From positions 1-18,700 of the forward strand of contig JAOZIF010000161.1 of NCBI GenBank assembly GCA_026014495.1: a stretch of 18,700 nucleotides of DNA, read 5' to 3'. Source of the DNA: Candidatus Bathyarchaeum sp. GTDB lineage: Archaea; Thermoproteota; Bathyarchaeia; Bathyarchaeales; Bathyarchaeaceae. Position 1 is the first letter of the stretch, and each line of letters opens with the position of its first letter. Positions 1 through 7,788 of the stretch are shown here, piece after piece. The notes beneath the pieces were generated by a model. It worked only from the letters and a program-made list of their open reading frames with translations. It searched no databases and was not told the DNA's origin. The translations under genes and the position numbers were made by a program.

Positions 1-1
1 A

Positions 2-658
2 GAGTTGGATTCGTTGTCTCGTAAAGAGATTGTTGACTACTTGATGGGAATCGGTTTAGAAGCAGAATTTCACGGTTTAGGGAAAAGTGCCACGCCTGAT
101 AGACGAGTTTCGGGTCCAGATCTAAATGACAGTGGTTGGAGAGGACGTGTAGCTAAAGGAACATACGAATTTCTTTTAACTGCGTCCAAAGAGGAGTTAG
201 AAAAAGTTGGTTTAGATAAAAGAAATGTGAAATTGTTGATTTTGCATAGCGAGGCTATTTTGGACAGTTGGAACGAAAAAGGTCCTTGGGGTGTAGTTAA
301 GGGGATAACTCCAGAAACTTGGAGAAAGATAGCTCAATATGGCGTGGAGAAGCAGTCTGTGAAAATCGATACAGTAGTTACTCCTGACATCAATCGTCTA
401 ATACGGCTACCTAATTCGTTACACGGAAAAACAGGGTTAAAAAAAGTCGAGTTTCCTATTGGTGACATCGAAGATTTTGACCCTCTCAAGAGTGCAGTAG
501 CCTTTAAGACGGGGGAAGTAACTGTTCATGTTTCAGAGGCTCCGCAATTCAGGATAAAGGACGAAATATATGGTCCATTTGAAAAGCAAAACGTTGAACT
601 TCCCACTGCGGCGGCTTTGATACTGTTGTGTAAAGGTATGGCAAACGTGGTGCAGTAA
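2..658 (+). CDS. priS: DNA primase small (catalytic) subunit, 5'-truncated by the window edge
   Basis: C-terminal PriS motif KIDTVVTPDINRLIRLPNSLHGKTGL. The frame is open to the window start and lies directly upstream of gins51, as in the conserved archaeal cluster. Confidence 0.93.
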   Translation, partial: ELDSLSRKEIVDYLMGIGLEAEFHGLGKSATPDRRVSGPDLNDSGWRGRVAKGTYEFLLTASKEELEKVGLDKRNVKLLILHSEAILDSWNEKGPWGVVKGITPETWRKIAQYGVEKQSVKIDTVVTPDINRLIRLPNSLHGKTGLKKVEFPIGDIEDFDPLKSAVAFKTGEVTVHVSEAPQFRIKDEIYGPFEKQNVELPTAAALILLCKGMANVVQ

Positions 659-660
659 AC

Positions 661-1209
661 TTGTATACTGAACTATATGAGATTTGGAAAAAGGAAAATG
701 AAACTGAGGAACTTCAGAAGCTCCCAAAGAGTTTCTACGCCAAAATTGCTGCGTATATCAAAACAATGAAAGAAGAAAATCGGATGTTGGATAAACGAAC
801 AACAAAAGCCAAGATTATGGATAACGCATTTAGGAACGTCAAGATTATGGTTAGTGAACTTGTTTGTCTTCGTTACAGAAAACTTGGAGAAAACGCTTTT
901 GCCCGAGAAACTGTTGCCCGAGATGCGTTAAGTACAGAAGAAAAAAAGTTGTATGAAGAAGTTTTGCCCTTAGCCGAGGCTTGGAATGTTTTTTTTAAAG
1001 ATCTTTTTCGTGGGCGTTTATCGGGTCTCGATAAGTGTGTGAAACAAACGATGATGGTTTTACGTTTTGTTCAGGACATTCCCGCCTTGGTTGGTTCTGA
1101 TATGAAAACTTATGGTCCATTTGGTCCAGAGGATGTAGCGACCTTGCCTCCAGAAAATGCTCGAATTCTCATTAAACAGGGAGTAGCCATAGAGGTGGAT
1201 TCGAAATGA
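661..1209 (+). CDS. gins51: GINS complex subunit, Gins51 (Psf1/Sld5-like)
   Basis: N-terminal helical A domain (WKKENETEELQKLPKSFY) and C-terminal B domain (VLRFVQDIPALVGSDMKTYGPFGPEDVATLPPENARILIKQGVA). TTG start 2 nt after the priS stop. Confidence 0.88.
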   Translation: MYTELYEIWKKENETEELQKLPKSFYAKIAAYIKTMKEENRMLDKRTTKAKIMDNAFRNVKIMVSELVCLRYRKLGENAFARETVARDALSTEEKKLYEEVLPLAEAWNVFFKDLFRGRLSGLDKCVKQTMMVLRFVQDIPALVGSDMKTYGPFGPEDVATLPPENARILIKQGVAIEVDSK

Positions 1210-1309
1210 TCCAGTTTTGTTACTCCTTCCTGTTTTAGAAACGAAATCTTATTGCTACTTTAGTTTCAAGTTTTGAAATCTCTATTCACAACGCCCCCGT
1301 TCATATTCC

Positions 1310-1323
1310 TTTTTTGTTTTTTT
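1310..1323 (+). terminator. Candidate oligo-T terminator after priS-gins51
   Basis: TTTTTTGTTTTTTT tract about 100 nt after the gins51 stop. Archaeal intrinsic terminators are T-rich. Confidence 0.35.
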
Positions 1324-1421
1324 CCTCTTCTCTTTAAGGTACAAGAATCGGCAAAAATGTATCAAAATTAACGTTACAGCACCGCCTCTTTTTAAAGAAG
1401 AGCTCGCAGAATGCATCAAAC

Positions 1422-1428
1422 TTTTAAA
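1422..1428 (+). promoter_or_regulatory. TATA box for a probably leaderless Lrp-like gene
   Basis: TTTTAAA at -31 to -25 from ATG 1453. Confidence 0.45.
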
Positions 1429-1452
1429 GGACTTGTCATAAAACATTATCTT

Positions 1453-1950
1453 ATGAAACAGCAAAAACTCCTTAGACTCGTAAGTGAGATGTTAAAAAAT
1501 TCTAAGAAAAGCGACAGAGAATTAGCCGGCATCTTAGGCGTCTCACAGCCCACTGTCTCCAGAACTCGTGCTAGAATTGAAAAAGAATACATAAACACCT
1601 ATACCATAATTCCGGACTTTCAGAAACTTGGGTATCAAATAATGGCGTTCACGCTTGCTAAGATGAAGACAAATCCAGAAAATGCGACATTCGAGAAAAT
1701 GATGCAAAAATCCAAGGAATGGGTGGCTAAACGGCCTAACATTATCTTTGCCGCTGATGGTGAAGGCTTTGGAAAGGATTTGGTTTTGATATCATTCCAC
1801 AAGAACTATTCCGCTTACGCTACGTTCGTGAGGTCATTCGCTATGGATTGGGGGCCTTCCTTAGATAACTTTGAATCGTTCTTGGTTAGTATCGGTTCAG
1901 GTTACACGCTAAGAGATTTTGACCTCAAATATCTTGCAGACGACATCTAA
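1453..1950 (+). CDS. Lrp/AsnC-like winged-helix transcriptional regulator
   Basis: HTH KNSKKSDRELAGILGVSQPTVSRTRARIEK followed by YTIIPDFQKLGY, typical of the Lrp N-terminus; the C-terminal domain is divergent. ATG 1453 is preferred over 1411 because of TATA spacing. Confidence 0.75.
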   Translation: MKQQKLLRLVSEMLKNSKKSDRELAGILGVSQPTVSRTRARIEKEYINTYTIIPDFQKLGYQIMAFTLAKMKTNPENATFEKMMQKSKEWVAKRPNIIFAADGEGFGKDLVLISFHKNYSAYATFVRSFAMDWGPSLDNFESFLVSIGSGYTLRDFDLKYLADDI

Positions 1951-2250
1951 GAATCTACGATACTGCTATCTGTGAGGCTTTCAACGCGCGATTCGTAGTC
2001 TGGAATCTTTTAGTTCTTTAAACTGGAGAATGCGTCTTCTGCTTTTCTGTGGTCGAAGGCAATCTCTACTTTTTTTATGCAATCATTTTTTTGTTCAGGA
2101 AACAAATACGTCGATATTTACAGTTAATTTTTCATCATTTAACCGCAAAAACTATGTGTCCTTTTTTCAGAGAATTTAATCTGTGCGGCTTTTTTGGTGC
2201 AGATTTATCTTTCTTTCTAGAAACAGATAAATAGTAATTAAGGGGGCTGT

Positions 2251-2260
2251 TTTATACTTA
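2251..2260 (+). promoter_or_regulatory. TATA box for the rpl44e-rps27e-eIF2alpha unit
   Basis: TTTATACTTA at -27 to -18 from ATG 2278. Confidence 0.45.
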
Positions 2261-2277
2261 ACTAGTCTGTGAGAGCG

Positions 2278-2556
2278 ATGAATACACCAAAACAAGTTAA
2301 CACATATTGCCCCAAGTGTCAGTCCCATCAGCTTCATGCTGTTTCTTTGTATAAGGCTGGAAAGAGAAGAGCCTTAGCAAAGGGAGAGCGAGCTCATGAG
2401 TTGCGTGAAAAGAAGGGGTATGGTGGACAAAAATTTCCTAGGCAAAGGAAGTTTGCGAAAGTAACTAAGAAGCAGACGCTGAGGCTAAAGTGTAAGAGCT
2501 GTGGCTTTATGCGCCATAAGAAAGGCCTTCGTCTTAAGAAGTTGATTATAGTCTAA
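2278..2556 (+). CDS. rpl44e: 50S ribosomal protein L44e (eL42)
   Basis: TYCPKC...H, KKGYGGQKFP, AKVTKK...LKCKSCG zinc ribbon. The start at ATG 2278 matches the usual N-terminus. Confidence 0.95.
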   Translation: MNTPKQVNTYCPKCQSHQLHAVSLYKAGKRRALAKGERAHELREKKGYGGQKFPRQRKFAKVTKKQTLRLKCKSCGFMRHKKGLRLKKLIIV

Positions 2557-2572
2557 GTGGGGTGAAGAAAAG

Positions 2573-2770
2573 TTGAGTGAATGGGATAAAGTTATACCAA
2601 AACCTAAGAGCAGGTTCTATAGAATAAAGTGCCCTGACTGTGGGAATGAGCAGTTCGTTTTCAGTCACGCTACTACCTCTGTACACTGTAACGTATGTCA
2701 GGCTGTCTTGGCGGAACCTTCTGGCGGAAAGGCAACCGTCAAAGGCGAAATTACTGCGGTGTTAGAGTAA
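2573..2770 (+). CDS. rps27e: 30S ribosomal protein S27e
   Basis: PKPKSRFYRIKCPDCGNEQFVFSHA...CNVCQAVLAEPSGGKA. GGGGTGA SD-like sequence upstream of the TTG start. Confidence 0.96.
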   Translation: MSEWDKVIPKPKSRFYRIKCPDCGNEQFVFSHATTSVHCNVCQAVLAEPSGGKATVKGEITAVLE

Positions 2771-2790
2771 AAAAGAAGGAAAATAGAAAA

Positions 2791-3582
2791 ATGAGTTTAA
2801 GGAGACCTGAATGGCCTGAAGTAGGCGACTTGGTGATAGCCACTGTTATACGAATAACCGACTATGGAGCCTACGTTAGGTTAGATGAATACGACAAGGA
2901 GGGTCTCCTGCACGTTTCTGAAGTTGCTTCTCGGTGGGTACGCAATATCCGCGATTATGTTCGTGAGGGCCAAAAGGTTGTGCTCAAAGTTCTGCGTGTC
3001 CAAGCAAACAAGGGACAAGTTGACTTATCGCGCAGAAGAGTTACAAAACGGGACAAAAAAGAGAAGATTCAGTCTTGGAAAAAGGATCGTAAAGCGGAGA
3101 GTCTGTTGCGGACTGCTGCTGAAAAGTTGAACATCTCTTTTGAGGAAGCCTACGAGAAGGCAGGGGCTTTAATTGATAACGCTTTTGGGGAGCTTTATGA
3201 GGGTCTGGAGAAGACTGCTAAAGATGGCGTGGATGTTCTGCTGGATTTAGGCATCGATAAGGAGATTGCAACTACTTTAGAGGAGATTGCAAAAGAGAAG
3301 ATTCAGATATCCTTGGTGACTGTGAAAGGGATTTTGAATTTGCAGAATCCAAGCTCGAAGGGTGTGCTTGTTATCAAAGATACTTTGAAGCATGCTAAAG
3401 AGGTTGGTGAATCAGAGGGTGCAGATGTGACTGTTTATCTGGTTTCGCCTCCCAAATATCGTATTGTGGTTGCGGCTGAGGACTACAAAAGTGCGGAGAG
3501 CATATTGGAAACCACTACTGATTCTGCAGTGAAGTTCATTTCACAGAATGGCGGAAAGGGCTCCTTTAGACGAGAAAAATAG
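2791..3582 (+). CDS. eif2a: Translation initiation factor 2 alpha subunit (aIF2alpha)
   Basis: S1 domain WPEVGDLVIATV...YGAYVRLDEY...GLLHVSEVASRWVRNIRD and C-terminal SPPKYRI. The real start is ATG 2791, not 2695. Confidence 0.96.
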   Translation: MSLRRPEWPEVGDLVIATVIRITDYGAYVRLDEYDKEGLLHVSEVASRWVRNIRDYVREGQKVVLKVLRVQANKGQVDLSRRRVTKRDKKEKIQSWKKDRKAESLLRTAAEKLNISFEEAYEKAGALIDNAFGELYEGLEKTAKDGVDVLLDLGIDKEIATTLEEIAKEKIQISLVTVKGILNLQNPSSKGVLVIKDTLKHAKEVGESEGADVTVYLVSPPKYRIVVAAEDYKSAESILETTTDSAVKFISQNGGKGSFRREK

Positions 3583-3594
3583 TTTCTTATACCC

Positions 3595-3603
3595 TTCTTT
3601 TTT
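3595..3603 (+). terminator. Candidate oligo-T terminator after eIF2alpha
   Basis: TTCTTTTTT tract 13-21 nt after the stop. Confidence 0.35.
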
Positions 3604-3619
3604 GTTATGCTCTGGATTT

Positions 3620-3670
3620 TTTAGAAAAAGGTAGTTTTCAACAATGTACTTCTATTAGTCTCCTAATATG
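3620..3670. repeat. Dispersed intergenic repeat, copy 1
   Basis: Core 3634-3670 GTTTTCAACAATGTACTTCTATTAGTCTCCTAATATG is 36/37 identical to 17010-17046 and 34/37 identical to 17695-17731. The upstream AGAAAAA flank is also shared. Confidence 0.9.
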
Positions 3671-3808
3671 TGCATGAGACTTAGATTTTGTACACGTTTC
3701 TACTGGTGTGCGCGTCTTATTATTGGAAACGTAAATAGGTGTGTTCGCACAATAGGTGTGAACGTCCAGAACGTGGGCAACTAATATGTGATTTAACGGG
3801 TGTTACAA

Positions 3809-3964
3809 TTGGTTTGGCTGCTTAGAAAATGTGTAAAGTGCGAAAAATATACGCTGAGCCATGAGAACTGTCCCGTTTGTGGGGGTAAGTTGCGTGTTCC
3901 GCATCCAGCTAAATTCTCGCCTGAAGACCGTTACGCAAAGTATAGACGAGCAATGAGAGGTTAA
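3809..3964 (+). CDS. nop10: H/ACA RNP protein Nop10 (51 aa, absent from the ORF track)
   Basis: Hand translation from TTG 3809: MVWLLRKCVKCEKYTLSHENCPVCGGKLRVPHPAKFSPEDRYAKYRR. It has the Zn ribbon plus the HPAKFSPED-Y-KYR motif and the usual position between eIF2alpha and PAC2. Confidence 0.95.
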   Translation: MVWLLRKCVKCEKYTLSHENCPVCGGKLRVPHPAKFSPEDRYAKYRRAMRG

Positions 3965-3970
3965 GTTAAA

Positions 3971-4744
3971 ATGAAAACATCAATCATCAAAGAATTCGAG
4001 AAAGTTGAGTTAAAAAATCCGATTCTTTTGGAAGGGTTTCCTGGGTTGGGTATGGTGGGAAGCATAGCCACAAAATACCTTGTTAAACATTTGAATGCTA
4101 AAAAACTGGCGGTTTTGCATTCTCCTCATTTTCCGTACCATGTTATTGTCAACAAAAAAGGAAGTGCTAGGCTTCTTCGTGGGGAATTTTATTTCTGGAA
4201 AAATGAGGCTGGAGAAAACGACTTCATTTTCTTAACTGGAGACAGCCAAGCCCAGACAATTGAGGGCCAGTTTGAGGTTGCGAACAGTATTCTTGATTTT
4301 GCTGAAGCAAAAAAAGTGAAAACAATCGTAACTATTGGTGGGTACAGAAATGAAATTGAAGGTACCCCAAATGTGGTTGCAGTGTCCACAACTCCCGCTC
4401 TTTTAGAGAGGGCACTAAAAGCTAATGCGGTGCCCAGCGAGTCTGGGACTCCTATTGTTGGTACTGCTGGTTTGCTTTTAGGGTTGGCGAAATTTAGGCG
4501 TTTGGATGCTGTTTGTCTTTTGGGTGAGACTCGTGGATATTTGCCTGATCCGCGGACGGCAAAAAGTGTTATCGAAGTTCTTCAGGGGCTTTTGGGCATA
4601 TCTGTTGATTTGAAGGGTTTGGATAAGGATATAGAGCAGTCTAAAGAGATTCTAGGTAGAATGCAAGATATTGAGAAAAGACGAGTTAAATATATGCAGA
4701 AGATGCGCAGGGTAGAAGAGGAGCGCATCACCTACATTTCTTGA
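3971..4744 (+). CDS. PAC2-family proteasome assembly chaperone-like protein
   Basis: PILLEGFPGLGMVGSIA, HFP, GDSQ, TIGGY, PIVGTAGLLLG and CLLGETRGY..DP motifs; conserved neighbour of nop10. Confidence 0.88.
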   Translation: MKTSIIKEFEKVELKNPILLEGFPGLGMVGSIATKYLVKHLNAKKLAVLHSPHFPYHVIVNKKGSARLLRGEFYFWKNEAGENDFIFLTGDSQAQTIEGQFEVANSILDFAEAKKVKTIVTIGGYRNEIEGTPNVVAVSTTPALLERALKANAVPSESGTPIVGTAGLLLGLAKFRRLDAVCLLGETRGYLPDPRTAKSVIEVLQGLLGISVDLKGLDKDIEQSKEILGRMQDIEKRRVKYMQKMRRVEEERITYIS

Positions 4745-4757
4745 TGCTTTTTTGTGG

Positions 4758-6995
4758 TTAATCATAGACAACTTCGAAGACGCATACAGCTGCTGCAAAG
4801 TAAGTGTCTGAACTTACGTAGTACCAATCGAGTGTTTCAGCTTCTTGCGAGAAATATGCTGGCTCAAAGTGTTCCAGTTCAATTGTTGATGAACCATACA
4901 TAAGCATTTCTTTTGTGTACCACATCAGTTTGTACAAAACTGTGCTGTTTCCAACGTCGTTAACTACTAGTTCGTCAGAGTCTACTGTGCCATCATCACT
5001 TGTATCCACCCAATCAACTCCTAGGCTGTAATCTCCGTATTTATCATCATCTAATCCTGCAATCCGTGCCATCCATCGCCATTTTCCTTCGTCGCCATAT
5101 CCGTAATCGTTTCCGTTGTTATCGAAGGTTATGAAAATCAAGACATATTCTGAATCATAGCGTTCTAGTATTTTGATTGCTTCAGTTTCATTTGACATGT
5201 ACATTTCGCCAATGTTCCCTATCTGCGTAGTATTCACAGTACCGTTATCCGCAAGCGTTGTTACATTTCCAATAGTCGTAATCCAGTATCCGTAGTCCCA
5301 CCAAGATACCACTATACTGTTTGAGTTTAGATTGACCCGCATCCAGTTGAGCGTATCTAACCAGTCGCTGACTTGACCTCTAAGCGGTAAACTAGAAGCA
5401 GCAATGGTTGTTGGTGAATTTGCACGCTCTATAACTCTTGAATATGATGAACCACTGCTTGGCAATACAAAAGTGACTGTCAGCAAGAGGAACATCAAAA
5501 TGATAAAGCCCGCGCTGAATTCTTTGCCCACGCGCGGTCTGAAGCGCATTTTACGCCTCGGGACTTTTGGTTTCTCTCGTAGAATTGTGACAAAGGGTTT
5601 AACCAGTTCAACCAACGCTAGTGCCCATAGTATGCTAACAACGGGTGCCAAAAGCAAACTTAATCGCGCCATTGACCCTGCAAAGTATATTGCTGTTATA
5701 CCAAAGATTCCAAGGAAAATATTGCGGTTTGTAGGATTCTGCACAATAAAGAATAGACCAAGAGGTACAAATAGAATGCCTATGCCTAAATCATAGTAGA
5801 ATGTTCCCCATGTGGTTGGTCTGTGTTCCTGAACTGACTGAACCAGTTGTTGTACAGCACTTTCACCTAGCCGTTCAGTGGGGAATATTACTGAAATGAA
5901 TTTGTTTCCTAATTCTCCAACAAACCCAAGACTTGCAAGCCCAACGAACAAGATGACAATAAGCGATAAGAACCCAATTACAAAAAATGTTTTGTTTTTA
6001 GGTGTTTTGATTCGTCTAGACATCTCTAAGGTGAACAACAAGAGGAACATTCCCGCCACTGCCAAAACTGTGGGTTCTGTCAGAAATTCAATGCCTAATT
6101 TTGGTACTTGTACTGCTATAAGAAGTGCCAAGGCGAAGACTGTAGAGTATGAAATAAGAAGACGCGTTGAATATCTACGTAAAATGAGTAGAACGAAAAC
6201 AAAAACTAGTACTATTCCAAGAGGATACAGTGCCGCTCCCCAAGATGCAAAGAGATATCCTAACGATAATCCTCCAGCAACTGCGTATGTAACTGTGCTT
6301 TTAATTGACCTTTCGGGGTCAATGGACCTTAGGAAGAAAAATATGAACAAGAGTATGCCGAAGATTCCGACGGTTTCGTCGTCAAAAAAGCCAAGGGAAG
6401 TACGACTAATATATGATGAACTTAGGGCTAAAAAGAATGCTGAAAAAAGCCCAACTGATTTGCCGCCAATGTCTCTTCCTACAAAGTAGACGACCAGAAC
6501 TGTCAATGTCGCCATAATTACTGGAAATATTACACAAAAATTGAAAACTGGGTCAGCGGTTAGAGGGTGATAAACATCTGAGGTGAGGATTGCTCCTGGA
6601 GCAAGATTCAGTGCGTTAGCTATCTGATAAAAGAATGCTGCTGTTGCTGCCAGTCCAGGATAAATTACGGCTGAAACTGGATATCCTTGTGGATACCAGC
6701 TCATGGGGTCTACCCATGTTGTCCAAGAAAAGAATCCGTTATCAACCATGTAACTTGTTAAGCGGTAATGCATGTGGGGGTCAAATTCTGAGAGTTGAAA
6801 ACCCCAACGAAGAGGAAGCAGCCTAATCGTGGCAGTTATTGCAAGAATAACAAGCAGTAGTGATATGTGCAACATCGAGGAATGAGATAGCCTTAATCGA
6901 AGAGCTCCAATGCTGGTTAAGGCGTTACCTGTACTTTCTTTACTAAACATTTTTCCAATCTTCACCGCAAACCCTTCTCTCGTCAATGAAAGCAA
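4758..6995 (-). CDS. aglB: Oligosaccharyltransferase catalytic subunit AglB/STT3
   Basis: Multi-TM N-terminus with EFDP, YPGL and SVQEHRPT, then WWDYG, DNGT and DEGKWRWMARIAG. The start is uncertain: TTG 6995, GTG 6965 or ATG 6950. Confidence 0.95.
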   Translation of the reverse strand: MLSLTREGFAVKIGKMFSKESTGNALTSIGALRLRLSHSSMLHISLLLVILAITATIRLLPLRWGFQLSEFDPHMHYRLTSYMVDNGFFSWTTWVDPMSWYPQGYPVSAVIYPGLAATAAFFYQIANALNLAPGAILTSDVYHPLTADPVFNFCVIFPVIMATLTVLVVYFVGRDIGGKSVGLFSAFFLALSSSYISRTSLGFFDDETVGIFGILLFIFFFLRSIDPERSIKSTVTYAVAGGLSLGYLFASWGAALYPLGIVLVFVFVLLILRRYSTRLLISYSTVFALALLIAVQVPKLGIEFLTEPTVLAVAGMFLLLFTLEMSRRIKTPKNKTFFVIGFLSLIVILFVGLASLGFVGELGNKFISVIFPTERLGESAVQQLVQSVQEHRPTTWGTFYYDLGIGILFVPLGLFFIVQNPTNRNIFLGIFGITAIYFAGSMARLSLLLAPVVSILWALALVELVKPFVTILREKPKVPRRKMRFRPRVGKEFSAGFIILMFLLLTVTFVLPSSGSSYSRVIERANSPTTIAASSLPLRGQVSDWLDTLNWMRVNLNSNSIVVSWWDYGYWITTIGNVTTLADNGTVNTTQIGNIGEMYMSNETEAIKILERYDSEYVLIFITFDNNGNDYGYGDEGKWRWMARIAGLDDDKYGDYSLGVDWVDTSDDGTVDSDELVVNDVGNSTVLYKLMWYTKEMLMYGSSTIELEHFEPAYFSQEAETLDWYYVSSDTYFAAAVCVFEVVYD

Positions 6996-7168
6996 TGAAC
7001 CCTTTATTTTTCTTGTGGTATTCCACTCTTGCTAGCCCTCTTCTTTGGATAAAGGAATATTTTAATTTTTTAATTTTACCTCAAATAAATGCGTGATAGA
7101 CAGCAACTTGAATCCAAAACCTATGACTTGACCTGCAGATGCCGCGCCAATTATCTTTTTGGCTAACT

Positions 7169-7291
7169 TTATTTTTTGATTACCTTTGGAACGTATATTA
7201 TGCAGCACCCACACATTGGGCATTGCCTAGGCTCGACTTTGCTGTCGGTGTTCCATTTTTTTCCACACTTCATACATACCCATTCTACCAT
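7169..7291 (-). CDS. 40-aa Zn-ribbon protein, RpoP/Rpo12-like pattern (absent from the ORF track)
   Basis: Hand translation: MVEWVCMKCGKKWNTDSKVEPRQCPMCGCCIIYVPKVIKK, with a CxxCG...CPxCG pattern. Confidence 0.6.
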   Translation of the reverse strand: MVEWVCMKCGKKWNTDSKVEPRQCPMCGCCIIYVPKVIKK

Positions 7292-7297
7292 GTTTTA

Positions 7298-7399
7298 TCA
7301 CATCTTTAGAATTGTTGTATCATCCTTGGGGCACTTAATTTTTTCCATCAAAAACTTGGAAGTATCAGCAAAGATCCTTGTATGACTGCTAAACGCCAT
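7298..7399 (-). CDS. Possible 33-aa micro-ORF
   Basis: MAFSSHTRIFADTSKFLMEKIKCPKDDTTILKM. Its ATG overlaps the upstream stop (TGATG) and it ends 6 nt before the next ATG. No recognisable motif. Confidence 0.25.
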   Translation of the reverse strand: MAFSSHTRIFADTSKFLMEKIKCPKDDTTILKM

Positions 7400-7581
7400 C
7401 AACGCTTTTTGCCTGTGTTGCTTGCAGCTCTTACCTCAACTTTTTTTGGTACAAAAGAGATTTTTTTGCTGCATTTAGGACATTTACCATCATGAGTTTG
7501 AATTATCTCATCTGGGGGCTTCAATTCTGTGCCTTCGTATAGAACAAAACCGCATTTCTCACAAATTACCTGTTGAGGCAA
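7399..7581 (-). CDS. Small Zn-ribbon protein of unknown function
   Basis: From TTG 7581: MPQQVICEKCGFVLYEGTELKPPDEIIQTHDGKCPKCSKKISF, with two CxxC pairs. The ORF track start at 7623 is probably too long. Confidence 0.7.
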   Translation of the reverse strand: MPQQVICEKCGFVLYEGTELKPPDEIIQTHDGKCPKCSKKISFVPKKVEVRAASNTGKKR

Positions 7582-7788
7582 CGTTTCACAGCCCTTGTAG
7601 ACCGAAATACAATCATTACACACTATTTATATATTACGACGAAATGCAAAAGCTCGCCAGAAACACTTTCTTGTTTCCTATACGTACATTGGAACACTCG
7701 AAATGCTGGTTCTGGTGAACTGCGAATATAACTTACACCTCATTTATAGGCTCTTGAATGCTTGAAAAAACATGGACTGAATACATCG

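Noticed and set aside
1951-2268. Possible pseudogene or small ORF (2049-2234 + and short minus-strand frames) between the Lrp gene and rpl44e
   Set aside because: AT-rich, low-complexity translations with no recognisable motif or start context.
2380-2430. Atypical AHELREKK segment before GYGGQ in L44e as a possible frameshift
   Set aside because: The frame stays open with normal length and intact GGQ and Zn ligands; ordinary divergence is sufficient.
4730-4744. HbYX proteasome-activating tail on the PAC2-family protein
   Set aside because: The C-terminus is ...TYIS, so Tyr is third from the end rather than penultimate.
5404-6826. Plus-strand ORFs of 130, 203 and 63 aa inside aglB
   Set aside because: They are antisense shadows of a hydrophobic membrane-protein gene with no motifs. 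The same applies to the other ORFs nested in eIF2alpha, topA, carS, the Clp1 kinase, the FAD oxidoreductase and the ACT gene.
7291-7300. Stop-codon readthrough (selenocysteine or pyrrolysine) joining the in-frame 33-aa and 40-aa ORFs
   Set aside because: The junction has two consecutive stops (TGA TAA), which excludes simple recoding.
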